64,000 nt of DNA, taken from positions 1,184,001 to 1,248,000 of the forward strand of contig CBDEUS010000002.1 of assembly GCA_965243395.1 (NCBI GenBank), read 5' to 3'. Position numbers and translations under genes: made by a program. The number at the start of each line of letters is the position of its first letter. The first letter of the stretch is position 1. Source of the stretch: Gammaproteobacteria bacterium (GTDB lineage Bacteria; Pseudomonadota; Gammaproteobacteria; UBA4575). The notes beneath the pieces are model-generated. The model worked only from the letters and a program-made list of their open reading frames with translations. It did not search any database and was not told the DNA's origin. Below are positions 38,301 through 47,798 of this stretch, one piece after another.

Positions 38301-38984
38301 CCGCAACTTCCTACGATTACATCGCCGACCGATGGCTCCACGTTTACGGGAAGCAGCGTGACCTTCATGTGGGATGCGATGGGCACGCCGGTGAGTGAAT
38401 GGTGGATCAACTTAGGCAGCACCTTGGGTGGGCGCGACATTCATGTGAGTGGATCGTTGGGCAGTGCCACGAGTGTCACGATTAACAACATCCCTGTGGA
38501 TGGCAGCACAGTGTATGCACGGTTATGGTATCGCAACGGTGGCGGTTCATGGCAATCACAAGACTTTACGTACACTGCTGCTACTATATTTGTTGGCGTT
38601 TATTCAATGAGTGGGACCAATGTAGATAGCGGTTGTCAAGATCCGTCAGATAATGGCGTGACAACTCTAGCAGGTAGTTTCTCGATACCGAGTCAATCCA
38701 GCAATGCATTTGTAGGGACTTTTGATGTAGAGACACTTGATGGAATTGTACTTTCGCAGACAGGAATAAGTATTACTGGCACATTTAATTCAAATTATAC
38801 ATCTGCAACTAACATTTCAGGTACCTATGTATTCGAGGCAAATGAAGGTGTAAATTTGTTAGCGAGAAACGAAGGGACATTTACGGCAAACTTAATCGGA
38901 AATCAATTCTCAATCAGTTACTCAGGTATGGATACAGTAGGCGATGTTTGTCAAAGTACTGGGGGATTATCAGGGCGTACTTAA
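35361..38984 (+). CDS. Secreted multidomain surface/adhesin-like protein (signal peptide, DUF11-like domain, six tandem Ig/FN3-like repeats)
   Basis: ATG at 35361 gives a Sec-type signal peptide (MKFFTKFK...ANATYA). DUF11-like DLSISN..VGEDIIYTIDVSN..VTVTDSLPSGL. Six 98-aa beta-rich repeats with Pro-rich linkers. Confidence 0.8.
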   Translation: MKFFTKFKIAINLLLIFLLFSANATYAATIIVLDSEPGDFVGAGQLIIRDTTDGTFTTMRANSSHVNIRMSGTGTFWGLDFEAIEGQELVPGTYLNATRYPFNPTNVNGLSVSGDGRGCNQLSGQFTVLEAVYNSSDGSVQSFAADFEQHCENAIPALFGQVRFNSNVPLSINVDYDLSISNLASKENYLVGEDIIYTIDVSNLHTTVARDVTVTDSLPSGLNFISVTPSIGNCTGGINITCSLGDLNPGVSASINLVTRAQSTGNFFNTVSVSASGINLNDSNDNFTEVVTVNPLPLTENLYPLTERNHWTYLQDGGLNYTETVTDVGVTFNGQTTVSVLDSDGDTTYYSNDQNGLLEHGFKDNSGDIATLTPPVKILNAQPQIGDIINSGGTAQFNLSSQGLGTFDFLYTATSEVLGVEQVSVPFGSLIAVKVQLTAMISGNVQGIPFNESSIDTIWFVEDVGYVKNIVNDQDDFSTTTFELFSFETLPPPPTITSPTDGSTFTGSSVTFMWDAMGTPVSEWWINLGSTLGGRDIHVSGSLGSATSVTINNIPVDGSTVYARLWYRNGGGAWQSQDFTYTAFTGPPPQLPTITSPTDGSTFTGSSVTFMWDAMGTPVSEWWINLGSTLGGRDIHVSGSLGSATSVTINNIPVDGSTVYARLWYRNGGGSWQSQDFTYTAFTGPPPQLPTITSPTDGSTFTGSSVTFMWDAMGTPVSEWWINLGSTLGGRDIHVSGSLGSATSVTINNIPVDGSTVYARLWYRNGGGAWQSQDFTYTAFTGPPPQLPTITSPTDGSTFTGSSVTFMWDAMGAPVSEWWINLGSTLGGRDIHVSGSLGSATSVTINNIPVDGSTVYARLWYRNGGGAWQSQDFTYTAFTGPPPQLPTITSPTDGSTFTGSSVTFMWDAMGTPVSEWWINLGSTLGGRDIHVSGSLGSATSVTINNIPVDGSTVYARLWYRNGGGAWQSQDFTYTAFTGPPPQLPTITSPTDGSTFTGSSVTFMWDAMGTPVSEWWINLGSTLGGRDIHVSGSLGSATSVTINNIPVDGSTVYARLWYRNGGGSWQSQDFTYTAATIFVGVYSMSGTNVDSGCQDPSDNGVTTLAGSFSIPSQSSNAFVGTFDVETLDGIVLSQTGISITGTFNSNYTSATNISGTYVFEANEGVNLLARNEGTFTANLIGNQFSISYSGMDTVGDVCQSTGGLSGRT
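36840..38569 (+). repeat. Intragenic tandem repeat, 294-bp unit, about 5.9 copies
   Basis: Units start CCTACGATTACATCGCCG at 36840, 37134, 37428, 37722, 38016 and 38310; only a few single-base differences seen. Confidence 0.97.
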
Positions 38985-39000
38985 GTTACATTGTTTTAAT

Positions 39001-41823
39001 TTACATTAAAATATTTTCTAAATATTGTCCTGTGAATGAATGTTTAGTAGAGGAAATATCTTCTGGTGTTCCAGTAGCAACAACACTGCCTCCTCTATGT
39101 CCACCTTCTGGCCCAAGATCAATTATCCAATCTGCTGTTTTAATTACATCAAGATTGTGTTCAATCACAATTACTGTATTACCTTGGTCTCGTAGTCGAT
39201 GGAGCACTTTTAAAAGTTGTTCTACATCATAAAAATGCAAGCCTGTTGTAGGTTCATCCAGTATATATAATGTGCTTCCTGTGCTACGTTTTGAAAGTTC
39301 ACGAGAAAGTTTCACACGTTGGGCTTCACCACCAGATAAAGTAGTCGCACTTTGCCCAAGTGTAATGTAGGAAAGCCCCACGTCCATCAACGTATCTAAT
39401 TTACGTTTTACCACTGGAATGGCATCGAAAAATTCCACTGCATCTTCAACAGTCATTTCCAGGACTTCATGTATATTTTTCTCTTTGAATAGAATCTCAA
39501 GCGTCTCGCGGTTATAACGTTTGCCATGACAAATATCACAAGGAACATAGATGTCTGGAAGAAAATGCATTTCAACTTTTATTACGCCATCACCTTGGCA
39601 GGCTTCACATCTTCCACCTTTAACATTAAAACTGAATCTTCCCGGAGAATAGCCGCGAGAACGCGATTCTTGTGTATTGGCAAATAATTCGCGAATGGGT
39701 GTGAATAAGCCTGTGTAAGTTGCAGGGTTTGAACGTGGTGTTCGTCCAATGGGGCTTTGATTAATATCTATAACTTTATCAATTTTATCTAAGCCTTTTA
39801 TATCTTTGCATTCAGAAGGGAGCAGTCCCGAGCCATATATGTACCTCATGCAGAACTTATATAAAGTATCATTTATAAGAGTTGATTTTCCTGAGCCAGA
39901 CACACCCGTGATTACCGTTAGTAGCCCTAAGGGGATTTCGACATTAATATTTTTTAGATTATTACCTGATGCTTTTACTATTTTAATGGCGTCGCTTTTT
40001 TGAAAAGGCAACCTCATCTCTGGGAGTGGTATCTTCCTGTTGCCTGAAAGATATTGCCCAGTAAGAGATGCTGAGTTACTTTCGATTTCATTAGGAGCGC
40101 CTTCTGCTACCACTTTTCCACCATGTACGCCTGCGCCTGGGCCAATATCTAAAACATGGTCTGCGCTACGAATCGCTTCCTCATCATGTTCAACAACAAT
40201 TACAGTATTGCCTAATTCTTTCAAATAGTTGAGTGTATCAAGCAAGCGTTGGTTATCGCGTTGGTGTAAACCAATGGAGGGTTCATCAAGGATGTAAGTT
40301 ACGCCAACCAAACCCGATCCAATTTGACTCGCAAGACGAATACGTTGCGCTTCTCCACCGGATAAGGTGTCAGCACTCCTGTCAAGGGTTAAATAGTCAA
40401 GGCCTACATTGACTAAGAATTTGAGTCGCTCGTTAATTTCATTTATAACTTTTTCACCCACTTTCGCAAGGTGACCCGGTAATTTCAGTTTTTGAAAAAA
40501 ATTAAGAGCTTCTTCTGTAGACCACGAAGTTATCGTGGGTAAGTTAATCTTTTGAATAAATACGTTTCTTGCTTCAGTATTTAATCTCTCGCCATTACAA
40601 GTCTGACAAGTCTGGGTGGTTAAATATTTGCTTAGTTCTTCACGTACCGCACTGGATTCTGTTTCGTGAAAACGCCTATCCATATTTGGAATGATGCCTT
40701 CAAAAGTATGCCAGCGTTTATAGATTTTTCCATTTTCGTTAGTGTATTTAAATTGAATTTCCTCATCTTCACTACCATAAAGGAGAATATCCTGTATTTC
40801 TTCTTCTAAATCGTTAAAAGGTGCTTCGATGTCAAATTCGTAGTGATCAGCAAGTGATTGGATCATATTAAAATAATAGGCGTTGCGTCGATCCCAACCG
40901 CGTATCGCTCCACCCGCTAAGCTAATATCATCATTTACAACCACTAGTTCAGGGTCAAAAAATTCTTCAATGCCTAGACCATCGCAATCCTTACAAGCAC
41001 CTACTGGATTATTAAAAGAGAATAAACGTGGTTCAAGTTCATTCAAGCTATAACCACATTTTGGACAAGCAAACTTCGCAGAAAAAACAAGTTCGGCCTC
41101 ATCTGGATTATCCATTGAGGAAATGATTGCAATATCATCAGCTAGCTTTAATGCGGTTTCAAAGGACTCAGCTAATCGCGATTTTAAATTTTGCTTTATT
41201 TTGAATCGGTCAACGATTACTTCGATATTATGTTTGCGGCGTAAATCTAACTTTGGAGGTGCATCCAGCTCATAAATCTCTCCATCTATACGAGCACGAA
41301 TGAATCCATCGGCTTGGAGTTTTGCAAGTAATTGAACATGCTCACCTTTGCGATTTTGAATGACCGGTGCAAGCAACATATATTTTTTATCTTCCTCAAA
41401 AGAAAGTACTTTATCCACCATTTGACTAATGGTTTGTGCATGAAGATCTATATGATGTGTTGGGCACCTTGGAGTGCCTGCTCTTGCGTATAAAAGTCTA
41501 AGGTAGTCGTATATCTCTGTAATGGTGCCTACAGTTGAGCGTGGGTTATGAGAAGTTGCTTTTTGTTCTATAGATATTGAAGGAGATAAACCATCAATGG
41601 AATCCACATCGGGTTTATCCATGCGAGCCAAAAATTGTCGTGCATAAGCGGATAAAGATTCAACGTAACGTCTTTGGCCTTCGGCAAATATTGTGTCGAA
41701 TGCTAGAGATGATTTTCCTGAACCTGATAGTCCAGTAATTACAATTAATTTATCTCTGGGTAGATCGATATCGATATTTTGTAGATTATGAGTTCTTGCC
41801 CCACGGATACTAATTTTTTTCAT
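39001..41823 (-). CDS. uvrA: Excinuclease ABC subunit A
   Basis: GARTHNL, two Walker A motifs ([18 protein letters not shown]), LSGGEAQR, Zn fingers. Confidence 0.99.
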   Translation of the reverse strand: MKKISIRGARTHNLQNIDIDLPRDKLIVITGLSGSGKSSLAFDTIFAEGQRRYVESLSAYARQFLARMDKPDVDSIDGLSPSISIEQKATSHNPRSTVGTITEIYDYLRLLYARAGTPRCPTHHIDLHAQTISQMVDKVLSFEEDKKYMLLAPVIQNRKGEHVQLLAKLQADGFIRARIDGEIYELDAPPKLDLRRKHNIEVIVDRFKIKQNLKSRLAESFETALKLADDIAIISSMDNPDEAELVFSAKFACPKCGYSLNELEPRLFSFNNPVGACKDCDGLGIEEFFDPELVVVNDDISLAGGAIRGWDRRNAYYFNMIQSLADHYEFDIEAPFNDLEEEIQDILLYGSEDEEIQFKYTNENGKIYKRWHTFEGIIPNMDRRFHETESSAVREELSKYLTTQTCQTCNGERLNTEARNVFIQKINLPTITSWSTEEALNFFQKLKLPGHLAKVGEKVINEINERLKFLVNVGLDYLTLDRSADTLSGGEAQRIRLASQIGSGLVGVTYILDEPSIGLHQRDNQRLLDTLNYLKELGNTVIVVEHDEEAIRSADHVLDIGPGAGVHGGKVVAEGAPNEIESNSASLTGQYLSGNRKIPLPEMRLPFQKSDAIKIVKASGNNLKNINVEIPLGLLTVITGVSGSGKSTLINDTLYKFCMRYIYGSGLLPSECKDIKGLDKIDKVIDINQSPIGRTPRSNPATYTGLFTPIRELFANTQESRSRGYSPGRFSFNVKGGRCEACQGDGVIKVEMHFLPDIYVPCDICHGKRYNRETLEILFKEKNIHEVLEMTVEDAVEFFDAIPVVKRKLDTLMDVGLSYITLGQSATTLSGGEAQRVKLSRELSKRSTGSTLYILDEPTTGLHFYDVEQLLKVLHRLRDQGNTVIVIEHNLDVIKTADWIIDLGPEGGHRGGSVVATGTPEDISSTKHSFTGQYLENILM

Positions 41824-42081
41824 TCCTTGGCTCGGTAAGTATCAAACCCACTAATATACTTGTATTTTAAGAGGAGAGTGAACTATTGATTGATATTCTT
41901 AGAGATATAGTAATTCATATTTCAGTAAATTAGCTTGTAAGATTCAACTAGATTCTTAAGAGATGCTTTGGAATATGGATGGTTAAAAAATACACATCTT
42001 TATATAGTCACCGTGTGTTTTTGGGTATAAGGACGTAAAATACAAACTTATAAATTTATACTTATATATAGGTGAATAGAG

Positions 42082-42519
42082 ATGGCTAGAGGCGTGAATA
42101 AAGTTATATTGGTTGGAAATCTAGGGCAGGACCCTGAAATAAAATATATGCCTAGTGGGCAAGCGGTATGTAATATCAGTATTGCAACTACTGAATCTTG
42201 GAATGATAAAACGTCTGGGGAAAAAGTAGAAAAAACGGAGTGGCACCGTGTAGTTTTTTTTCGTCGTTTAGCTGAAATTGCGGGAGAGTATTTACGCAAA
42301 GGTTCACAGGTTTATGTAGAAGGACGTTTGCAAACAAGAAAATGGCAGGATCAAAGTGGAAACGACCGCTATACTACAGAAATTGTTGCAAATGAAATGC
42401 AAATGTTAGGCGGAAAAGGCTCAGGTGTTGCTTCAATGCCTGAATCAAACCCAACTTCGCAACCTGAACCTGTGGCAGCTGGATCATCTGATGATTTTGA
42501 TGATGATATTCCATTTTAA
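42082..42519 (+). CDS. ssb: Single-stranded DNA-binding protein
   Basis: [18 protein letters not shown]-terminal DDDIPF. Confidence 0.99.
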   Translation: MARGVNKVILVGNLGQDPEIKYMPSGQAVCNISIATTESWNDKTSGEKVEKTEWHRVVFFRRLAEIAGEYLRKGSQVYVEGRLQTRKWQDQSGNDRYTTEIVANEMQMLGGKGSGVASMPESNPTSQPEPVAAGSSDDFDDDIPF

Positions 42520-42599
42520 AGTTATAGCCTTAGAAGTTAGTCATTAAAAACTTAGACTCATTCTTCGGATACAATTAACAGTTTATAAAACAGTCTAAA

Positions 42600-43538
42600 T
42601 TATATTTGCTGTCTGGAAAGTAAGCGTCTTGCAACGGACCGCAAGTATCGCCCAGAATTTAAATCAAATTTCTTTTTAAATGCTGGTGGTAAACACCGGC
42701 AAAGAATAGATTCAATAGCGTAGGAAATACGTAAAGTACGCAATCCCTGGCGGTAAGCTTTGCGATCAGAAATGCTGTAGTGCTTTCCCATCAATTGAAA
42801 AGCTTGAATGGAAATCTTAACAGTTTCTTTTCTAGGTGCTCCACTGGATAGTCCCTGTGAATGTATTCGGTAAAATCCCATTACCTCATCGATAAAGCCA
42901 TAATCACCATGTAATAGATTGCCTGTATGTAAAAGTATGTCACCAATAAGTGACTTCTTGAACCAATCCGGAGCAACATTCTCACGATTACGAAACACAA
43001 CACTCAGTACTGGTGAAAAAACTCCATAGCGTAGTAAGTAATCGAGAGAATATTGCTCTCTACGTATTGGTGGGTACCCCATATCTGAACATATGATTTC
43101 GTCGTTTTCGTTTACTTGCCCAACTTTATGATAACAGCCTGATAAGTTCGGATGATTTTCAAGATAACTTATCTGTTTTTGTAGTTTTTGATCATTACTC
43201 CAAAAATCATCGCCATCACATAAAGCGATATACTTTCCACGACATGCTCTTAATGTCTCAATATAATTAAATTGCCAGTTGCCGATGCAACCCTCGCGAT
43301 TCGGATCGTCACGTTTGCGTTCAAAAAGCCGAATGGTATCGGGATAGTTGCTCGCATACTTTTGACAAACTTCCCTTGTTCCATCATTTGAGTCGTCTTC
43401 ACCTAAGCATATTTCAAAACTAAAGTTGGTTTTTTGACAAAGGATACTATCGAGACATTTACTGATGTAGTTGACATGATTATAAGTGATGACCCACACG
43501 CTCACTAAAGGTGGATCGTTCTTTAGATGAACATTCAT
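42600..43538 (-). CDS. Family 2 glycosyltransferase
   Basis: VSVWVITYNH, EDDSNDGT, GKYIALCDGDDFW, YRIH. Confidence 0.92.
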   Translation of the reverse strand: MNVHLKNDPPLVSVWVITYNHVNYISKCLDSILCQKTNFSFEICLGEDDSNDGTREVCQKYASNYPDTIRLFERKRDDPNREGCIGNWQFNYIETLRACRGKYIALCDGDDFWSNDQKLQKQISYLENHPNLSGCYHKVGQVNENDEIICSDMGYPPIRREQYSLDYLLRYGVFSPVLSVVFRNRENVAPDWFKKSLIGDILLHTGNLLHGDYGFIDEVMGFYRIHSQGLSSGAPRKETVKISIQAFQLMGKHYSISDRKAYRQGLRTLRISYAIESILCRCLPPAFKKKFDLNSGRYLRSVARRLLSRQQI

Positions 43539-43541
43539 TAA

Positions 43542-44525
43542 TTATTTGAAAAGGGGGGCTTTTCGTGACAATGCGTTTAAAATACGTTTGGCAACGGGAA
43601 TAGGGCCATGTGAACAACCTAAAAGAAGCATTTCTCTACACCTGCCGCGTAAAGTTACGCGTTCGTCTAGTCTTGAATAATAACGTTTAATAACGCGTAT
43701 TGCGCGCTGTTTGTTTAGTTCTCCATTATTTTGTATAAATCGTTGATTAACTGGACGTCTGTCTTGTACTTCGGGTAAGCGTCGCCAATCATCGTAGTAT
43801 GATAGGTATTGCTCAGGTTTAGAAGGAATCATAACTTTTAATCCATTATATTCGATATCTTTAAGAGGAAAAATATCTGTGTAACGATGATGTTGCATGG
43901 TATTTTCACGAGTAAAGTTATTAACGCAAAGTTCTTCAGGTTTGCAATTTTCACTTCTTGCCAGCAATTCAGCAGCATAGTCATTATAATAGTAATTTCT
44001 GAATTCTTTTTTTTCCTTACGGCTTAATGTTGGTTGTGAAGAATTTATCTTAAATCCGGTCGAGCAGTATGTCAGCATTTGGGACATTTCTCGTTCTTTA
44101 GAAATATCTTCAGGGGTATTTGGAAAAATTTTCATTGGAGCAATATCTATTCGCACTGGTAACCACCCTGGCGCCGCCATTACAAGCACTTGTAACGAGC
44201 CGAAGTATTCTGCCCATAATCGACCACTGTCCTCAGGATAAAAGAAAAGCAAGCGGCTATCATCTAATTTACAACGTTTGTGGAGAAGAGGGATAAGCTG
44301 ATCAAAATCTTCTTTGGGGACACATATATCCATATCGTCATCCCATGGAATAGGCTTTCCATGTCTCATTGCACCAATTAACGTACCACCATCCAACCAA
44401 TAAGAGAGATTATTTTCACGACAAACTTCGTCGACAATTGCTAATTGACCTAACAGCTGTTCTTGCATCTCCTCTAAGCCATCAATCGTGTAATACTCCA
44501 ATCCATCTTTGTTGATTAATTTCAT
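43542..44525 (-). CDS. licD: LicD/fukutin-family phosphotransferase
   Basis: YWLDGGTLIGAMRHGKPIPWDDDMDI and C-terminal IFPLK..IP..PEQYL..Y.DW..LP. Confidence 0.88.
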   Translation of the reverse strand: MKLINKDGLEYYTIDGLEEMQEQLLGQLAIVDEVCRENNLSYWLDGGTLIGAMRHGKPIPWDDDMDICVPKEDFDQLIPLLHKRCKLDDSRLLFFYPEDSGRLWAEYFGSLQVLVMAAPGWLPVRIDIAPMKIFPNTPEDISKEREMSQMLTYCSTGFKINSSQPTLSRKEKKEFRNYYYNDYAAELLARSENCKPEELCVNNFTRENTMQHHRYTDIFPLKDIEYNGLKVMIPSKPEQYLSYYDDWRRLPEVQDRRPVNQRFIQNNGELNKQRAIRVIKRYYSRLDERVTLRGRCREMLLLGCSHGPIPVAKRILNALSRKAPLFK

Positions 44526-44528
44526 TAT

Positions 44529-45206
44529 TTAAGTTTTTGGTTGGCCGAAATACTCTGATTGTTTTTCGCGATTGAAATTTCTATACAAGTAATCTAGATC
44601 TTGTGGCGTGTCAATTTCAAAGACATCAACAACTTCCGCAGCAATTGGCAACATTTTCTCAACTTCGTTATAAACAAAATTTGCATGTGGTGAAATTTGT
44701 AAATCTGAAAAATATGCAATTCCACACCATTCAAATTTATCAGGGGGACTTCTGCGGAAAGCTTCAATCATCTGTTGTTTTTTATTTAGCTCAACGAACA
44801 CTGCTTCTTGTGTAAATGATTCAGAAATACCGATTAGATTTCGGTGTTTACTGCAACTTTCTACAAAATGGAGAAACGAGTCTGGCTCAACATACATATC
44901 TCCATCTATAGATAAATAAGGTTCTGTGAGATCACGTGTTGCTAAATATAGACTGTATGCATTTGTGCTATTTGCATAGTTAGGATTCCTTACGAAAGTA
45001 ACGTCGGGGCGAAGTGCACGAACATAGTCAATGACTTGTTGTTCCTTAAAACCAACTACTATTCTGATATCAGGTACATTATTGAGAAGTTGCAACAAGT
45101 AGTAAATTAGACAGTGACCTTCAAGCTCTACCAAACATTTTGGTATATCTAGCCCTAACCTGTTACCTAATCCTGCAGCGGATATTACAGCATGTTTTAT
45201 TTCCAT
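44529..45206 (-). CDS. Nucleotidyltransferase (LicC-like cytidylyltransferase; PA1090/CD0242-like)
   Basis: AVISAAGLGNRLG..IPKCL, NPNY..TNAYSL, DGD, EIDTPQDL. Confidence 0.85.
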   Translation of the reverse strand: MEIKHAVISAAGLGNRLGLDIPKCLVELEGHCLIYYLLQLLNNVPDIRIVVGFKEQQVIDYVRALRPDVTFVRNPNYANSTNAYSLYLATRDLTEPYLSIDGDMYVEPDSFLHFVESCSKHRNLIGISESFTQEAVFVELNKKQQMIEAFRRSPPDKFEWCGIAYFSDLQISPHANFVYNEVEKMLPIAAEVVDVFEIDTPQDLDYLYRNFNREKQSEYFGQPKT

Positions 45207-45209
45207 TGC

Positions 45210-45818
45210 TTAAGGATTCCTTAATGTTGTTAATATGTTTAATAGACCATTTGGATGATAAGTTACAAAATCTGCCATTTTAATCAGAGTTTCAACCGGG
45301 TCATGAACTCCGCCATAAGCTATGCGTATGTCTGCTGCCTCAAATAGGGGAGTATCATTCATACCATCTCCTACAGCTACAATCTCGTCATATGAACTTT
45401 TTAATTCTTGAATGGCTTCGGACTTATTAATAATACGTGCAACACCCAGAAGTTTGTCATCCTCCCATTCTGCATCAGAGCTGAAAACTTTGCATTTCAA
45501 TTTAGGTTTAAGATCATCAATCCAAACATTCAGGTTGCCCGTAACTACGTAACAGTCAGTTTGGTTAGCATGTAAAAATTCTAAAAGACATTGTTCTATG
45601 GGTACGCCGGATATAATACGACGTACTTTAGAAATAGGAACTTCCGATAACAACCTCACACGTAAGCGAAACGAGTTCTCAAAAGGCAACAATCCTTCCA
45701 TTGTTGCTCGAGTCAAAGTGGAAATTTCTTCGAATAAGCCAATTTCTTTGGCTAGCATTGGAAGTATTTCCTCTGAAGTAAGTGTTCCATCCAGATCAAA
45801 ACAAAATGCTCTTTTCAT
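45210..45818 (-). CDS. HAD-IB phosphoserine-phosphatase-like enzyme (PA1089/CD0241-like)
   Basis: FDLDGT, SFRLRVRLL cap region, VTGN, GDGMND. Confidence 0.85.
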   Translation of the reverse strand: MKRAFCFDLDGTLTSEEILPMLAKEIGLFEEISTLTRATMEGLLPFENSFRLRVRLLSEVPISKVRRIISGVPIEQCLLEFLHANQTDCYVVTGNLNVWIDDLKPKLKCKVFSSDAEWEDDKLLGVARIINKSEAIQELKSSYDEIVAVGDGMNDTPLFEAADIRIAYGGVHDPVETLIKMADFVTYHPNGLLNILTTLRNP

Positions 45819-45825
45819 AAGAGAT

Positions 45826-46488
45826 TTATCCTTCAGATATTGCTTTGGTGCAGACGAATAAAAAATGACGAGTGTTAGGCCACTTATTTAACCAGTCGGG
45901 GAATATGTCGTGAAGCTCAACTGTTTCAAATCCAGAATCTAATATTCGTTGCTTTTCGTCCTCGTAATAGCGGTACTCGGCGTAATAGTTAGTATCAAGT
46001 TCTTCAGAAAATCGATCAACAATGACATCTTCCTTTATTCCACAGTGGATGTGCGCAATAAAATGGCCTCCAGGTTTAGTCATATTGAAAATGTTTTGAT
46101 ACAAATCTTGAATAAAACTCCCTTCTAGACATTGAATTACACCGGTTGCAAGAACCAAGTCAAATTGTTTATATAAACGAAATCCTATGATATCGGCATT
46201 GATAAGTTCGAGTTTTTTTGACTGTTGAATATATTGTGAAAAATTCTGAAACTTTTCCACTGCAGTAATATGGCCTACTAATTCGACAAGTTTGTTTACA
46301 ACTAATCCAGTGCCACTACCTAAATCGAGAACTGATAAATCAGGCTTAAGATACGGTCTTAGAAATTCGATTTCTAAATCTGAATAGTCACCTCGCTTAT
46401 TGCGCGTTTGTTGTGGGTCTGTGATCCGATTTGCAAGATTTGCCCAGTATTCTTTTGATATGGTTTTTTCATTTGCTTTCATAATCAT
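45826..46488 (-). CDS. Class I SAM-dependent methyltransferase
   Basis: VLDLGSGTG, FDLVLA, KPGG. Confidence 0.88.
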   Translation of the reverse strand: MIMKANEKTISKEYWANLANRITDPQQTRNKRGDYSDLEIEFLRPYLKPDLSVLDLGSGTGLVVNKLVELVGHITAVEKFQNFSQYIQQSKKLELINADIIGFRLYKQFDLVLATGVIQCLEGSFIQDLYQNIFNMTKPGGHFIAHIHCGIKEDVIVDRFSEELDTNYYAEYRYYEDEKQRILDSGFETVELHDIFPDWLNKWPNTRHFLFVCTKAISEG

Positions 46489-46523
46489 TAATCTTATGTC
46501 AGTTTATTATTTACCTTGAAGAT

Positions 46524-47798
46524 TTATATAGGGTTATGAGATTTTATATTTATTTTATAAATACTTATAAAAATATATGCGAATAACAACATCATTGCAT
46601 TTAATATTGCGACCGTATACACAACTCCTTCTACAGCAAAAAATTTAGCCGCAAAACTGTAGAAGATTAAGGCCAGTAGTGCAAAAGCTATTTGGATAAC
46701 AGCTAATTTTATTGTTTTCATTTCGGCACGAAGTTTTAATAATAGTTGTTGTGTTATACCATAAAATCCACCTGCCATGATTAGCCATGGGAATATCCAG
46801 CTATACGAGCGAAAATGCTCTCCCATTAGTAATTTAGCCAAAAAGGGGTGTGCAAAAAAAGCAATTATAACAACAAGTAAAACAGTAGCTAATGTTAATG
46901 TACTCAACCGGAACGTGCTCACCATAGCTTCGTCAATAGATTCAATAGTTTTTTCATAAACAATTGGAGCTAAAAATGTTAGTAGAATTCCACTTATGAT
47001 TAGCATCGGAATAAATGCTAATTGATGATAGGCCCCATAGATACCTACATCAGCAATATCGCAAAACCATCCTAATACCCATAGAGGCGACATCAAAAAA
47101 ATCCAGACACCAAAACCTACTATTAGCAAAGGTATAGCATAATTAATAAAAGACTTGCTTAATTGTTTTTGCTTCTCAAAATTTTTATTTTCTTGATTAT
47201 TGCGTAGAAGCTGAAAGCGTACATATAAAATGTGAAAGCAGGCGATAATACCAGCACCTAACAAAAACCCACTCATTGCGAATTCCGCTGATGCGGATCC
47301 AAAATAAATAAAAAAAGCAGCTATACTAAATCGTGTTAGTTCAAAAGAAACACGAAATATTGCGCTGACTTGACGTCGTCTTGCGCCTTCTACTAATCTG
47401 ACTCCAACACCTGAAATGAGCAGTACTATAGAAAAGCCAAATGTTAGCAAATATAAGGGATCTATTACTGGCCAATTTATGTAGCTGACCATTATCGCAC
47501 CTATTGCACAAATTATTGCGCTACCTACCCAGAAACGAAATATAATTTTTCGTAAATCACTTAGCCTATCTTCTGCACGATAAATCGAATAGAAACGCAT
47601 CGATGCACCTCCGACTGCATGCCCTACGACTTGGTCGAAAACTCCGGCAAGACTTATCATCAATGCAAGCCGTCCATATTCAACATGTGAGAGAAAGGTT
47701 GTGAGGAAGCGTGTTCCAGCTAAAACTACACTTATTGAAAAAATCGTACCGAATGCAACCCATAACATCTCACTGTTCATCCGCTTAGCAACTAGCAT
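46524..47798 (-). CDS. Wzx-like polysaccharide flippase (MOP superfamily)
   Basis: About 12 hydrophobic segments; TRFLTTFLSHVEYG and DVGIYG patterns. Start uncertain (47834, 47798 or 47780). Confidence 0.75.
   Translation of the reverse strand: MLVAKRMNSEMLWVAFGTIFSISVVLAGTRFLTTFLSHVEYGRLALMISLAGVFDQVVGHAVGGASMRFYSIYRAEDRLSDLRKIIFRFWVGSAIICAIGAIMVSYINWPVIDPLYLLTFGFSIVLLISGVGVRLVEGARRRQVSAIFRVSFELTRFSIAAFFIYFGSASAEFAMSGFLLGAGIIACFHILYVRFQLLRNNQENKNFEKQKQLSKSFINYAIPLLIVGFGVWIFLMSPLWVLGWFCDIADVGIYGAYHQLAFIPMLIISGILLTFLAPIVYEKTIESIDEAMVSTFRLSTLTLATVLLVVIIAFFAHPFLAKLLMGEHFRSYSWIFPWLIMAGGFYGITQQLLLKLRAEMKTIKLAVIQIAFALLALIFYSFAAKFFAVEGVVYTVAILNAMMLLFAYIFISIYKINIKSHNPI

Noticed and set aside
36979-38361. 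Five identical 68-aa ORFs (MDRWAVPRV...)
   Set aside because: Alternate-frame by-products of the tandem repeat.
36840-38569. Regular repeats as a CRISPR array or DGR template/variable repeats
   Set aside because: Units are 294 bp, contiguous and in-frame, with no unique spacers. No cas or reverse-transcriptase gene is in the window.
41824-42081. LexA/SOS box between uvrA and ssb
   Set aside because: No CTG-N10-CAG found by eye in the divergent spacer.
43542-45206. Canonical lic phosphocholine operon
   Set aside because: LicA and LicB are absent from the locus, and the HAD plus methyltransferase partners fit a different pathway.
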